From assembly GCF_006345805.1 (NCBI RefSeq), contig NC_043001.1, positions 135,470,001 through 135,534,000 of the forward strand: a DNA stretch of 64,000 nt. Direction: 5' to 3'. Position 1 is the stretch's first letter; every line of letters starts with the position of its first letter. The DNA comes from Octopus sinensis. Its lineage: Eukaryota. The notes beneath the pieces were generated by a model, which saw only the letters and a list, made by a program, of their open reading frames with translations, did not search any database and had not been told where the DNA came from. Shown here piece by piece: positions 50,426 to 64,000 of the stretch. The position numbers were made by a program, and so were the translations under genes.

Positions 50426-50429
<4 letters not shown>
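50242..50429. repeat. Foldback: two 84-bp inverted arms of the family D 3' end with a 20-bp spacer
   Basis: 50242-50325 and the reverse complement of 50346-50429 match with about 7 mismatches. Confidence 0.9.
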
Positions 50430-50478
<49 letters not shown>

Positions 50479-50943
50479 TACAATGGGCTTCTTTCAGTTT
50501 CTGTCTACCAAATCCACTATACCTTAAAAAGAAAAAGTAAAAAATGGTTACATTTGGAATATCTCTAATCATAGGTTTGCTCAATTGAGGCTGACCTGGG
50601 GTTAAACAACAACATCACTGCTATCACCACCGCCACCACCACCACCAACAGCAACAACAAAAATAACTTTTTAGTTGACTCGACTCGTTGATATGGTAAA
50701 TTAACAAACATGTATGCAAGTATTTATATCATCATCATCATCATTTAACGTCCGCTTTCCATGCTAGCATGGGTTGGACGATTTGACTGAGGACTGGCGA
50801 ACCAGATGGCTGCACCAGGCTTCAATCTGATCTAGCAGAGTTTCTACAGCTGGATGCCCTTCCTAACGCCAACCACTCCAAGAGTGTAGTGGGTGCTTTT
50901 TACGTTCCACCGGCATGAGGGTCAGTCTGGCGGTACTGGCAAC

Positions 50944-51170
50944 GGCGAGCTGGCAGAAACGTTAGCACGCCGGGCGAAATGCTTAGCGGTATTTCATCTG
51001 CGTTACGTTGTGAGTTCAAATTCCGCCGAGGTCGACTTTGCCTTTCATCCTTTCGGGGTCGATAAATTAAGTACCAGTTACACACTGGGGTCGATGTAAT
51101 CGACTTAATACCTATGTCTGTCCTTGTTTGTCCCCTCTGTGTTTAGCCCCTTGTGGGTAATAAAGAAATA
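50944..51170 (+). mobile_element. SINE family B nested in a family D element
   Basis: TSD GGTACTGGCAACGGC at 50932-50946 and 51171-51185. Confidence 0.88.
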
Positions 51171-53477
51171 GGTACTGGCAACGGCCATACTCAAATGGTG
51201 TTTTTTTACGTGCCACCTGCACAGGATCAGTCCAGCGACACTGGCAATGACATCGCTCGAATGTTTTGTTTATGTGCCAGTAAGGTGATGCTGGTAACAA
51301 TCACGCTCAAATGGTGCTTTTTACGTGCCGATACACACAAAAACATTCCTTCACACACACACACACACACACAGATATAGATATAAACCCACACATGCTT
51401 CAGACAAATATAAGCACATATAGAGACCTTTGGAAGTATGCTGTGTGTGAGAAGACCCGGCAGGACAAGTGAGACCATCACCCATGGCCTCAGTCCACTT
51501 ATGCATACCTTTCCTTCTTGGGACACAAAACCCTACTTGTGAAGACCTGTTGAGGCAAGTGAAAATCCAAAAATCAAAAATCAAAATCGATCAACATGAA
51601 TGGAAATTGTCGCTGTGATATCAGTGCTCGTGGCACATAAGAGAACCATCCAAACGTGGCCGTTGCCAGTGCTGCCCTGACTGGCTTCCCTGCTGGTGGC
51701 ACGTAAAAAGCACCATCTGACCGTGGCCATTTGCCAGACTTGTCTGGCACCTGTGCAGGTGGCACGTAAAAAGCACCCACTACACTCATGGAGTGGTTGG
51801 CGTTAGGAAGGGCATCCAGCCGTAGAAACATTGCCAGATCAGACTGGGCCTGGTGCAGCCTTCTGGCTCCCCAGACCCCAGTTGCACCGTCCAACCCATG
51901 CCAGCATGGAAAGTGGACGCTAAATGATGATGATGATAGAGTCATGTATCTATGTTTGTCTTTGAGATTTATTGTAGATTGTCTTTGTGTAATAGAAGCT
52001 GGTCAGTAAGAGAGTACCATGTCTTATTGTTTGAGTGAAGACAGTCTCAGGCATTTGTGAATATAATCTGAATGTGTTAGTGAGAGCATATATGTATAGA
52101 GCTACCTTAGTAGCATTGTAGACCCCCGAGTTAATCATTGCACTCGATCCTATAGTATTTATTTATTGACAGCAGTCCACCACTATCATAGGTCAGAATT
52201 GAGCCTCTAGACTCATAGGGTTCCTGGACAACTGTCTGGTGTGCCTGTGCTTTTAAAATGGCCCTGTATATGTAGGGGTATGTGTGGATACATTTGTACT
52301 TATGAAACGAGCATCTCCTTGGTACATGCACTCAAGAACTTACTCTTTATGTACGTGTGTGTGCGTGCGTGTGTGTGTGTGTGCGTGTGTGTGTGGACAT
52401 CATATGCACACCTGATTGAATGTATGCGTTTCTTCTGGGAACCTCAAATGAAGAATTTTTGGTTATGATTTACAGTTCTCATAGTATCACTAATTGATTG
52501 GTTCTGGGGGATGAGTCAATTTACTTTGTCTCCTTTTTTTAATTGAAAACCTCCACCAATCCAAGACTTTTACTCAAACCTGTTGTTACATAGCTCAGTG
52601 CATCTAAGATATTTGTACAAATGAAAATGCATTTTCTGGATACAAGAATGATGAGTTCTACATTAGTTCACAATACATTTTCTCTACTTCTTTGGGCAAA
52701 ACATTCACAACCACTGGGCAGCAGACCTCAACCGCACAGAACAATATCAGGGCTATTGTATTTGCATTAACCAGTCTGCTATTTGACTGGAATGTTCCAC
52801 CAGTATTTCTTAGTTTTAAAGAATACATTCTGGTTTGGGAGTGACTTTGGTGTTACAAGTAGGACAATTTATGGATAACATTGCAAATAGTTATGGCAAC
52901 ATTGTCTTGTTTTACAGGAAGATAGTAACCTTGTGGATATTTTCGGATAGCTGCTGATGATATGGGTGATATCCTTCACACTGGAATGGCAATCAACCTT
53001 TTCTATCACAATATGGAAATCTAGAGGCATTGTTATCACAGTTGTTGATCTCCTACCCTTGAATAGCAAAGATGTATCATTCTACATAGGATATGATAAA
53101 TCTAATACAGGTCTAGGAGGGGTTTCTATTTTTGTTAATGTTGTTAGTATTCTGTAGCTTGTTGGCTATGTACCCATGCATAACCTTTTTGCTGGTAATA
53201 CGAGTGTTTCTTGTCCAAGTATCTGCCATCCTTGATTTATATGGAATAGCTGTACACATTGAGTACTAATGAGGGGTGGGGTTCTTTACCTACTTTTAAA
53301 ATATTTTCACTGTTGAGTAACAGTGTGATGTGCACATCTCTTCTGCAATCCAGTAAGTTTTGTCTAAGAGATATGACGTGACACTCAAAGGCCATCTGGA
53401 CTGATCTTACGCCTCTATCCCAGTGTTACTACTGATGTGTACGTTACCTGTAATTCTTAGTATCTTTCTTGCATGAA

Positions 53478-53648
53478 GGCACAGGAGTGGCTGTGTGGTA
53501 AGTAGCTTGCTAACCAACCACATGGTTCCAGGTTCAGTCCCACTGCATGGCATCTTGGGCAAGTGTCTTCTACTATAGCCCTGGGCTGACCAATGCCTTG
53601 TGAGTGGATTTGGTAGACAGAAACTGAAAGAAGCCTGTTGTATATATG

Positions 53649-53681
<33 letters not shown>

Positions 53682-53887
53682 ATGTGTTTGTCCCCCTAGC
53701 ATTGCTTGACAACCAATGCTGGTGTGTTTACGTCCCTGTCACTTAGCAGTTTGGCAGAAGAGACCAATAGAATAAGTACTGGGTTTACAAAGAATAAGTC
53801 CCGGGGTCGATTTGCTCGACTAAAGGCGGTGCTCCAGCATGGCCACAGTCAAATGACTGAAACAAGTAAAAGAGAAAGAGAAAGAGA
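53478..53887 (+). mobile_element. SINE family A copy
   Basis: Full head-to-tail match to 9522-9999. Confidence 0.85.
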
Positions 53888-54453
53888 ATGCCTAAGTTGC
53901 GGATCTCTTCAAATGTCAAGTCCAAAATGTTGCACTAGAGGTGCTTTGGTCTCTATAACTTCCAGAGTCTGTTTAAATATTCATTTGTCACTCTAGCTCA
54001 CAGATCCAACATTTCCAACATTCTCAATTTGTTTTTGAGTTCAAATCCTGCTGAGGTCAACTTTGCCTTTTATCTTTCAAGAGTCAATAAAGCTGACTAC
54101 CAGTTCATGTCAGAGGACTGATGGAATTGGTAGTACCAGACAATGTCCTGTGGTGTATATTCCAGATCTATGTTCTGAGTTCTTGGGTAGTCAACAATCT
54201 GTCACACTGTTTAATATCACTACTACCTGGTCCACTCTGTTACAAGCATTTTAACCAGGTTTTTGATTTGAAGATAACTTTCTTTATTCTTCCCCACCAG
54301 TCTTAGAGATCCTGAAAACATAACAGGGCAGGGTACCCCACCCTATTTTCCTAGGAGTAGGAAGAAAAAATAACAGTCAAAACATATTGAAAGAAGAACT
54401 GACAATCTTTCTAGGAACAAATTCATTAAAATTTTTATTGCTTCCATAAGGAA

Positions 54454-54833
54454 GGCGCAGGAGTGGCTGTGTGTTAAGTAGCTTACTAATGAACCATATG
54501 GTTCTGGGTTCAGTCCCACTGCATGGCACCTTGGGCAAGTGTCTTCTACTACAGCCTCAGGCCAACCAAAGCCTTGTGAGTGGATCTGGTGGATGGAAAC
54601 TGAAAGAAGCCTGTCATATATATATATGTGTCTGTGTTTGTCCCCCACTATCACTTGACAACTGATGCTGGTGTGTTTATGTCCCTGTAACTTAACAGTT
54701 CGGCAAAAGAGACCGATAGAATAAGTACTAGGCTTCCAAAGAATAAGATCTGGGGGTCGATTTGCTCGACTAAAGGCGGTGCTCCAGCATGGCCGCAGTC
54801 AAATGACTGAAACAAGTGAAAGAGTAAAAGAGT
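54454..54833 (+). mobile_element. SINE family A copy
   Basis: Full match to family A. Confidence 0.85.
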
Positions 54834-54901
54834 ATAATTTAGAAACTGCTACTGCAAATATTCATTGCCAAGTACATCCATTTAAGTTTTGCAATAATTC
54901 A

Positions 54902-55307
54902 GGTGCAGGAGTGGCTGTGTAGTAAGTAGCTTGCTTACCAACCACATGGTTCCGGGTTCAGTACCACTGCGTGGCACCTTGGGCAAGTGTCTTCTACTAT
55001 AGCCTCGGGCCGACCAAAGCCTTGTGAGTGGATTTGGTAGATGGAAACTGAAAGAAGCCCGTCGTATATATGTATATATATATGTGTGTGTGCGTGTCTG
55101 TGTTTGTCCCCCTAGCATTGCTTGACAACCGATGCTGGTGTGTTTATGTCCCCGTCACTTAGCGGTTCGGCAAAATGAGACCGATAGAATAAGTACTGGG
55201 CTTACAAAGAATAAGTCCCGGGGTCGAGTTGCTCGACTAATGGCGGTGCTCCAGCATGGCCGCAGTCAAATGACTGAAACAAGTAAAAGAGAGTAAAGAG
55301 TAAAGAG
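54902..55307 (+). mobile_element. SINE family A copy
   Basis: Full match, ~70 bp downstream of the previous copy. Confidence 0.85.
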
Positions 55308-56429
55308 CTACTTTTCACTTCTTACATCATATGTATTTAGCTTTAATAAATACCCTGAAAATTGATAGACATTTTTTTGAGATGTATTTTGCAGTATTCA
55401 GGTCATCTTTGCCTTTTATTGTTCCAGGTTTGGTAAAATAAGTACCAAACAAATACTGAGGTCGATATAATCAATTGGGTCTCCAGTGTGTATGTTATAA
55501 ATCAACATTTACAAAACAATCAATGATGATCAAACAAGTCACCTGTTCTACAATATGTCGTCACATAATTACACAATAAACAGTGGAAAAACAATAGCGT
55601 AGTAGTAGTAGTAGTAGTGTTAATGTAATTATTTTCGGTATAATAAAGATGTTAGTGTGTCAGACAACTAGAGTGAAAGCCACCTATTGGAATTTTAACA
55701 GAGAGAGGAAGGAGAGCATGTGTGTTGCGGGTAGGGTGGGGGTGTGTGCAAGTGTGATGGGGGGGAAGAGTTGGATGACATAACTGAGAAGAATCACAGC
55801 CACCATGTCATGATTGTCATCGACTACAACAATAACTACAACAGCAATCACAACTACTACAGCAGTAACATCTGTGTGTCATATTGAGTCAGACTCAAAA
55901 TATTAACATTGCAGATTTCTGTTTTGACACATGGTTTTGTATCTTGAAATTAAGACAACAACAACCACATCAACAACAACAGATAAAAACGTGACCTCCA
56001 CCTCCACCATGGACCTAGAATCTTCTCAGTTGGAAATAAATTAATTCATTAGAAAAAAATTTTTTTTTTAATTAAAAAGAGTGATAATAAACTATAAAAA
56101 GGCCAAAAGAATCTATGTCAACTTGACCTAGCTTCTATGGAAATACATAAAATTCTGATTGGTGGATAATTAAGTAAAGAGTAGGGTATAATTAGCAGTG
56201 ACACTCATCAATAAATTAAATTCTTTTAGAAGAGGAAATCAGAATTATTATAAAGAAAAACAAACAAAAGACTGTAAAATAAAGAATACCAACTAAAAGA
56301 GTTCTTGTGTTTTAGAGTTGCAGGCTTTAACCATATGGAATTAAATATAAATATGCAGAGATGCATCCATGTGTGTATATTTAGTCGCACTGAAAAGCCA
56401 CAAGAGACTTTTTGAAATCTTAAAATGAG

Positions 56430-56473
56430 GAGTGAACTGATCAGTTTCAACGTTACTTATCTCATCAGAACTC
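56430..56473 (-). ncRNA. Decayed minimal hammerhead motif
   Basis: GAGUU-CUGAUGA-G AUAAGUAACGU U-GAAA-C UGAUCA G-UU^CACUC. Both core segments and a perfect 10-nt palindrome ACUGAUCAGU are present; stems I and II are weak. Confidence 0.5.
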
Positions 56474-56570
56474 ACTTCACTTTCAAATGATGCTGATATA
56501 AAGCCACAGAAGATTACTTAGAATGTAAACAAAATTTTGTCTAGATGCAACTTGTTTTCTGTAGATGATG

Positions 56571-56969
56571 TACTCTTTTACTTTTTTCAGTCATTTGACT
56601 GTGGCCATGCTGGAGCACCGCCTTTAGTCGAGCAAATCGACCCTGAGACTTATTCTTTGTAAGCCCAGTACTTATTCTATTGGTCTCTTTTGCCGAACCG
56701 CTAAGTGACGGGGGCGTAAACACACCAGCATCAGTTGTCAAGCAATGCTAGGGGGACAAGCACAGACACACAAATACACACACACACATATATATATACA
56801 TATATATGACAGGCTTCTTTCAGTTTCCGTCTACCAAATCCACTCACAAGGCATTGGTCGGCCCGGGGCTATAGTAGAAGACACTTGCCCAAGATTCCAC
56901 GCAGTGGGACTGAACCCAGAACCATGTGGTTGGTTAGCAAGCTACTTACCACACAGCCACTCCTGCGCC
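56571..56969 (-). mobile_element. SINE family A copy
   Basis: Reverse complement of family A. Confidence 0.85.
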
Positions 56970-59900
56970 TATTTTGTTTTTTAGTTATCCATTTCTTTCT
57001 CTCTCCACTCTCCTCCTTCCATACATCATGAGAGAACACAACTGACCGTCACACTGATCCTGCTGGCCAGCCATATGGCCATCTCATGGACACCAAATGA
57101 AGAGCCACAGTGAATGATCTGCAAGAAATAGCATCCAAATATTCCTCATGTCACACACCCTGCCATTTTCAGATAAGAAGGACACTCTAGATAACATTGT
57201 CCAAGAAAGGCACACAACACACAAACAGCAACAACAACCTCTTCGTGACAATTTGGATGTATTTGTCAAATTTGTTTCATTTATTTTTTTAATGGTTTAT
57301 TCAAAGGAAGAAGTGCAGTATCTATGATATTTTTTTCCCCTCAGGATTTCTAAAAGTAATCTTAGCAATATTACTGAACCTCATTAAAAGCAACCATATA
57401 ATGGAGTAAGTCTATTACCTAAGAATGGGAACGAGACTTCTGCGCAGTTTTTGGACTCATGATCGTAAGGTCATACTCTCAATTCCTAGACTGGACAACA
57501 CATTGTGTTTTTGCACAAAACACTTCATTTTATAATGCTTCAGTCCACTCAGTGAAAAGGGAGTTCCAAACAACAGCTGGGTTTTAACCCTGCAACAAAC
57601 CGACATCCCATTCAGAAGGAAAGTATTGTACTATTGGTCACTTATAACACCAGAGAAACCATAATAAGCTCTGGCCTATTAGATCCGTAGTACTGTGACA
57701 GACATGAAGAAATATGTCTGAAAAAAGCTTTGGCCAACCCAAGGTTATGATAGAAGACACTTTCCCAGGGTACCATACAGAGGGACCAAACCTGTACTTA
57801 TGTAGATTTAAAGTGAGCTTCTAAACCACTCACAGAGGAAATATAAATAAAGATGTCAAACACCGAATGGTATCATCCTATGCATGACTATAATCAGAAA
57901 TGTTTATGAAAGGGTGGGAGGAAGTTTTCTTGACTTCAGAATAGGGAAAATGTGATTGTGTAGTGTCGTTAATTTTAACAAGGGCCTTGGAGACAAGTGA
58001 AGTAAAAACACTTACAGCTAAGATTTGAAACCTAATCATTGACTTAACTCACTGGAAGCTAACTTCTGTTTATTCATGACAGTTTGCTGGCATAGACAAG
58101 TTGAAAGTAAAATAACTTATGATAATGTTGACGATGATGATAATGATGGTGATGTGGTGTCATTAATTGCTTAAATTCAATACTTTATAATTAGTGTTCT
58201 ACAGAAAACTGCTGCCTGAGATATGGGTCTGTATGTGTAATGAGATCAGAGCAAATATTGTAAATATATTGCAACTGCATGTAAGTAATAATATAGAACT
58301 GTTGTGAAAGTTCATGTGTATTCAGTGTGATCTGTGTGTGTACAAGAGGTGTAGTAGAAACAAATGCAGGCTGACAATGAATAAAGGTTTTGACTGTGGT
58401 AAATGTATGGGAGTAGTGAACCCTCAGAGAATCAGTAAGGCAATTTCTTTGTAATGTTCAGAAGGTCCTATAAAAGTAGTCTGATCTAATCAGTAGTCGC
58501 GGGTGGGGATTCATGTTCTGAAAGCATAGTGGCCACAATTAGAATAGGGTGAAAAAAAAAATCAGTGAACTATTATCACTGCTGACATCAAGGGGATTCT
58601 ATCTCTGAACAAAGAGTAGATTGTATGAACTGTGATGCAGTATGGTAGTGAGACATAGGCCCTGAATGTAGAGAATACAAGAAAGTTGGAAAGAAAAGAA
58701 GCAAGCATGATGTCAGTATGCATGAATGATGACACAGATGAGCAAAGAGAAAAAACGAGTACAGGAGAAATCAGATGTCATGTGCAAGAGAAATGGCCAT
58801 GCTGGTATGGACATGTAATGCATATGGATGTTGACCAGTAGATGAAGAAGTGCCAGGAGACTCAAATGGAAGGAACTAATGGAAGAGAAGGACCAAGGAA
58901 GATATGAGTAGAAGTAGTGAAAGCCAATCTCAGGAAGCTGAACTTCACAAAGGATAAGACAAAAGAACACCAAAAGTAGCAGGATGTGGTGTTGGAGGAG
59001 GATTCATGCAAACCATGCAAACAGAAAAATGGATGTAAAATAACGATGATGGTGTGAAGGGTTATGAAACCTAAAGAGATGAGCAATGAATGATGATAAA
59101 AGGATTAAAAACTATAGGGCTGTACTAGAATGGTTCAACTATTAAAATATTGGCTCTTGTATGTGTCCTGCAAACTTCTTACATGTTAGCATGTGAAACC
59201 AAAAATTTTTGTTGTGTTATTCATGCTGTTTCTTGTGCCCTGGGGTGGGGCCCATTACTTGTGCCCCACCCCAGCTTCCAGAGCTTGACTTTTGCATATT
59301 TATCGAATATGAAATAAAATACGATAATGTCATTTCTCAACTTCTGTTTCATCGGGTCCTTCTAATTATTGCATATACAATGTACAGTCTATTTGCTAAT
59401 TTTTATTATTACCTCACAGACAGAAAATCTCCAACATATTTGTTTAATTACTCCATAGACAAAACTATATATTTGGTCCTTACAACCATTCCCCAGCTCC
59501 CACACAAAATGACTTCATTTACCTCACATAGAAACTTCTATAATATACTTTAAGTTCAATTGTTATCCTACATACAAACTATAATATGAATGAAACGGTT
59601 GTCTGGCAGTCAGTCGGAAGACAAACATTACAAAACTATTTGACATGTAACAAGTGACACCACCGTGATAGAACAATAGATGTAAAATGGTTAAAAAAAA
59701 AAAAGAAAAACAACACCAAAAACCATTTAGGTACATTTAATGAAACCTGTTATTATAAACCTGAGATGTTAACATTAAGGTTCTCTCTCCCCCCTCTCTC
59801 TCCCCGTACGATAGCCAATTTCATATTCTCACAGTTTTAAACAAAAAACCAAAAACTGTGTCCAGCAATTATATAGTTAGCAGACTATCGGTTAGTTAGC

Positions 59901-60047
59901 AGCTAAACATAAATGCCAACTGATACTGCGACATATGGAATACCATTTCTACAGACATTTCTCACTGTTAGATTAACATTTCCCAATGAAATGTGACTGA
60001 GAAAGGATGTCAAAAGGTGTATGCGCGCATGTGTGTGTGTGTGTGAG

Positions 60048-60105
<58 letters not shown>

Positions 60106-61799
60106 TTGCATGTATATTTGGTATTTATGAAAGGGGGATGTCGCTGAAATATAAAGACAATTGTAACATTCAACTATACATGTACACACAAATGCCTGTG
60201 TGTACAAACATGCATGAAAGTACGTACACACACACAGACATATACACACAGTTACAGGGGCATACATATATGTACAGAAACACACAGACATACATATACT
60301 AATAGATACACGGCGACAGACATATATAAACACACACATATACATACAAATGGAATATACAAATACACACATCCACATAGACACAATATACAAACACAAT
60401 ATACACATATAATACACATATAAGAGATACACACATGACCACACACATCCATATACATGACTGTAAGTACACAAACAAGAATATACAAGAATATAGAAAC
60501 ACATACACAGATGGAAGTAAGTCTATTATTCCTGTTCCTCCAATCACTGGCAATCAAATCAAAATTAAGTTTCCTTCCAAATGTATTCCATCAATTTCTG
60601 GAAGTTGGAATTAAGACTATTCTTCAACCAGTAATTCCATTCCAAGTAATCATAAATACCTTCATTGTTTCACAGATTCCTATCTCAAAGCCAGAGCAAT
60701 GCTATCATTTTCATTATCTTTCTCCACTCTGAGATGATAGTCTAAGAAACTGTAAAAGATTCTTCATTCATCATGGAAGCTGAACTGTTGAACTGTTCTA
60801 TAAACTCTTCAACCAAAAATGAATTACCAATTTTGTAGAAATAACATATCAGACGAACAGTAAACGCCACTAAAGCTGGTCTACCAAATACTGGAATTAG
60901 ACCAATGACTGACCAACTTGAACAGATAAACAAATCAGACAGCTGTGTGAAGAAATGTTGCACTCTTTCGGTGGAGGGAACCTGTGGAAGTAGTAGACCC
61001 AAGAAGACATGGGATGAAGTGGTGAAGTGATATCTTCAAATGTCGGGCCTCACAGAGACAATGACAAGCAACTGAGACCCTTGGCAATATGCCATGCTTG
61101 AGAAGATCTGTCACGCCAAGTGAAATCATAACCGTGGCCGATGCTAGTGTCAGGTCAATGGCACCCATGCTGGTGGTGTATAAAAACACCCACTACACTC
61201 TCAGAGTGGTTGGCATTAGGAAGGGCATCCAGCTGTAGAAACTTTGCCAAATCAGATTGGAACCTGGTGCAGCTCCCAGGCTTACCAGCTTTCAGTCAAA
61301 CCGTCCAATCCATGCCAGCATGGAAAATGGTCGTTAAATAATGATAATGATGATATGTGAATTTATGTTTATATATGCAAACAAGCATGCACACACACAC
61401 ACACATATGAACAAGTGTTTTCTACTATAATCCTGGACTGAGCAAAGCCTGTTGTATACCTACTTACCCTACCTATATATATATATATATATATATGAGT
61501 GTATGTATGTTTGTGACTCCTTGTCTTGACACTATATGAATGTTGTAAATGGTGGTCATTCATTTCCAATATAAAAATATGTCTCACCACGGTGAAATAT
61601 TACCTTGTTTGGAAAGCTTGGAAACAGGTAAGGGTTGACAACAGAAAGGGCATCTAGCCATAAAAAACCTGTCTCAATAAATTCTGTCCATCACATGCAA
61701 GAATAGAAAAGTGGACATGATTCCTAACTGACAGCTATTAAAGATATTAGATTATATTTTGTATTGAGTTCGCTTTTGCTTAAACTTCTTTTCCATATA

Positions 61800-61859
<60 letters not shown>

Positions 61860-63194
61860 TGTATATACACATCCACACAAGTACTTTCACACGCAATGTT
61901 TTCTTTCAAATGAAAAGTTTCAAACTGAAAGAAGAATGCAAAACATATTTTACCATTCCACATCAGAATTTAGCATCCAATTGAGGAATATGTAGAAAGC
62001 AATGAGATAAGTCAAAATATGAAGATATGAAGTCCAAAATGATATTGGATATAGAAATTCTTCACTTTAGATATCAGAAGAAGATGGGGAGCAGAAAGTG
62101 GGGATAAGGCTTCTTGTTTTCTTTTATTCATCTTCCTATTCCAAGTGGCTGTACAGTCACAGTGAATTAGCACCATTGGAAAGTGCTATGCAATAACGGT
62201 AAATCAGTGCCAGGGAGATCAAAGCAGTGTATGAACATTTTACCTATTGATGAAGAAAGATAACAGGTCAATGCGATTGATGTCTGCAAATTGCTTTGGA
62301 GGCTTGACAGTTTTGATGGTGCTTTCCAGACATGTTATTCAATGAATGTTTGGATAATTCACCTTCGCCGCCACTCCAAAGATTCATTGCAATTGTATTT
62401 GCTGTGCGAAACCTACTCACAGAATATTGCCTTGCTTTCGTATATGATGTAAAAGTGGCTGTTAGGGGAAATCAAAAAATGTAAACAGTTTTACACACGA
62501 CATGGTTTACCATGAATTGTCAGTTGGTTTATGAAATGAAATACTGAATTATAAATTGGTGTCATACGTTGATACTAGGCATGTTGTTGTTGTTGTTGGT
62601 GGTGGTGCTGCTGCTTTTAGCCCCAGTGTTGATCAAGCAGAACTATGATCAAAAGCATTTCAGCTATAACCAACTTGTATGCTTTCCCCGGCGTAACATA
62701 TATCTAGAATTATATAATCTAATGTATCCTTCCAATTAAAAAACTGCAGGGTGTGAGTCAAGGAAGATTTGGTTGTTATTTCTAGGAATGCTAACTACTC
62801 TGTAGGGATCACTGGTTGAGAAAACTCTATTTAAGAAATAAGGGATGAGTGATACCTTTCTCAATCCTTGATCTCTTACTCAATTCGCTGTTGCTGCCAC
62901 CACCATTGCTACCATTTGCTCCTTGGATACTTTTAACAGAGTTCACTCTGTTGTAAGAATCTGGACCAGGTCTATGTTTTGCTTCGAGGACAACTCCTTC
63001 CTTTTAGTCTCAAAGGGTTATGGATACAGCCTTCCCCCCTCACTCATTGTTGTTATTGTTTTATGCCTGCTTTTCCATGTTGGTATAAGTTAGACAGGTT
63101 TTCAGAGGCAGTGGATTCCCTTTTAGTCATTAACCCATTTTAGTTGGTTTTTTTTACAGAATGTTAGGAAATGGGGTACCAATATAAAACTAGG

Positions 63195-63422
63195 CGGCGA
63201 GCTGGCAGAAACGTTAGTACGCCGGGCGAAATGCTTAGCGGTATTTCGTCTGCGTTACGTTGTGAGTTCAAATTCCGCCGAGGTCGACTTTGCCTTTCAT
63301 CCTTTCGGGGTCGATAAATTAAGCACCAGTTACGCACTGGGGTCGATGTAACCGACTTAATATCTATGTCTGTCCTTGTTTGTCCCCTCTGTGTTTAGCC
63401 CCTTGTGGGCAATAAAGAAACA
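63195..63422 (+). mobile_element. SINE family B with 14-bp TSD
   Basis: TSD AATATAAAACTAGG at 63181-63194 and 63423-63436; intact tRNA-like head. Confidence 0.9.
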
Positions 63423-64000
63423 AATATAAAACTAGGATATACACTAACTTCCCTTCCTAACCAAGCAGTGAAAAGCAGTGATGTAAATGGATGTAATGGC
63501 AAAGACAGAAAAATGAAACAAGGCCAATGGTTTCGCTGCAAATCAACAGTGGTTTACTTGCTGAATTATTTATTAAAACAAGCCAGTATATATGTATTTG
63601 CTCTTTGTCGTCAGCTAGTTGTTGCTGTTCTCTAATCAGGTTTAGAAATAGCCAATTGAATGCACATCTGAAATTATATTAAATATAACAAAACAGGAAA
63701 GTAGAAACTTTTTTTTTGCGCACTATTCATTCTCCATTACACATGTTTCATTTGCTAATAGGAATTGCAAAGTTTTACATGTTAGATAGACATGTCAGGA
63801 ATTTCTAATAGGAAATTCCTTACATATCTATATAACATGTAAAACTTTGTGATTCCTATTAGTAAACGAAACACATGTAACGGAGAGTAAATAATACCAA
63901 AAAATTTCCATTTTCCTGTTTTGTTACACAATAACTCTGCAAATAATATTTCTACAATTCTCAATTTTAATATGTATTTTGAACTAACATACAGCAGCAA

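Noticed and set aside
55326-55354. 29-nt AG...TGAT|GTAAG segment as a Sec-containing exon
   Set aside because: Translation VFIKAKYI shows no SelJ similarity; probably chance splice-like signals.

Overview
Eukaryotic, AT-rich, repeat-dominated DNA. The tRNA-derived SINE families, RTE-type tails and long (TA)n tracts look like an octopod cephalopod genome (inference, no search run). Only two host exons are recognisable: the last two coding exons of a minus-strand ADP-ribosylglycohydrolase-family gene of the selenoprotein J / J1-crystallin type (15104-15243 and 2955-3053). A near-complete CR1-type LINE lies antisense in the 12-kb intron between them. The rest is SINEs, MITEs (hAT, TTAA/piggyBac-like), a non-autonomous Helitron, Tc1/mariner, RTE and Penelope-like remnants, and microsatellites. 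The most striking signal is a head-to-tail array of about 6.9 copies of a ~600-bp unit (41676-45803). Each unit carries a type I hammerhead ribozyme motif on the minus strand (UCCACG-CUGAAGA-76-nt stem II-GAAAC GUAC GUC^CGUGGA), i.e. a retrozyme / satellite-RNA-like element able in principle to cut a multimeric transcript into ~600-nt monomers. Five further complete or decayed hammerhead motifs and two half motifs are dispersed in the window, each with a different palindromic stem III. All RNA structures were derived by eye; activity and expression are untested. Most ORFs in the supplied track are microsatellite or repeat artefacts.
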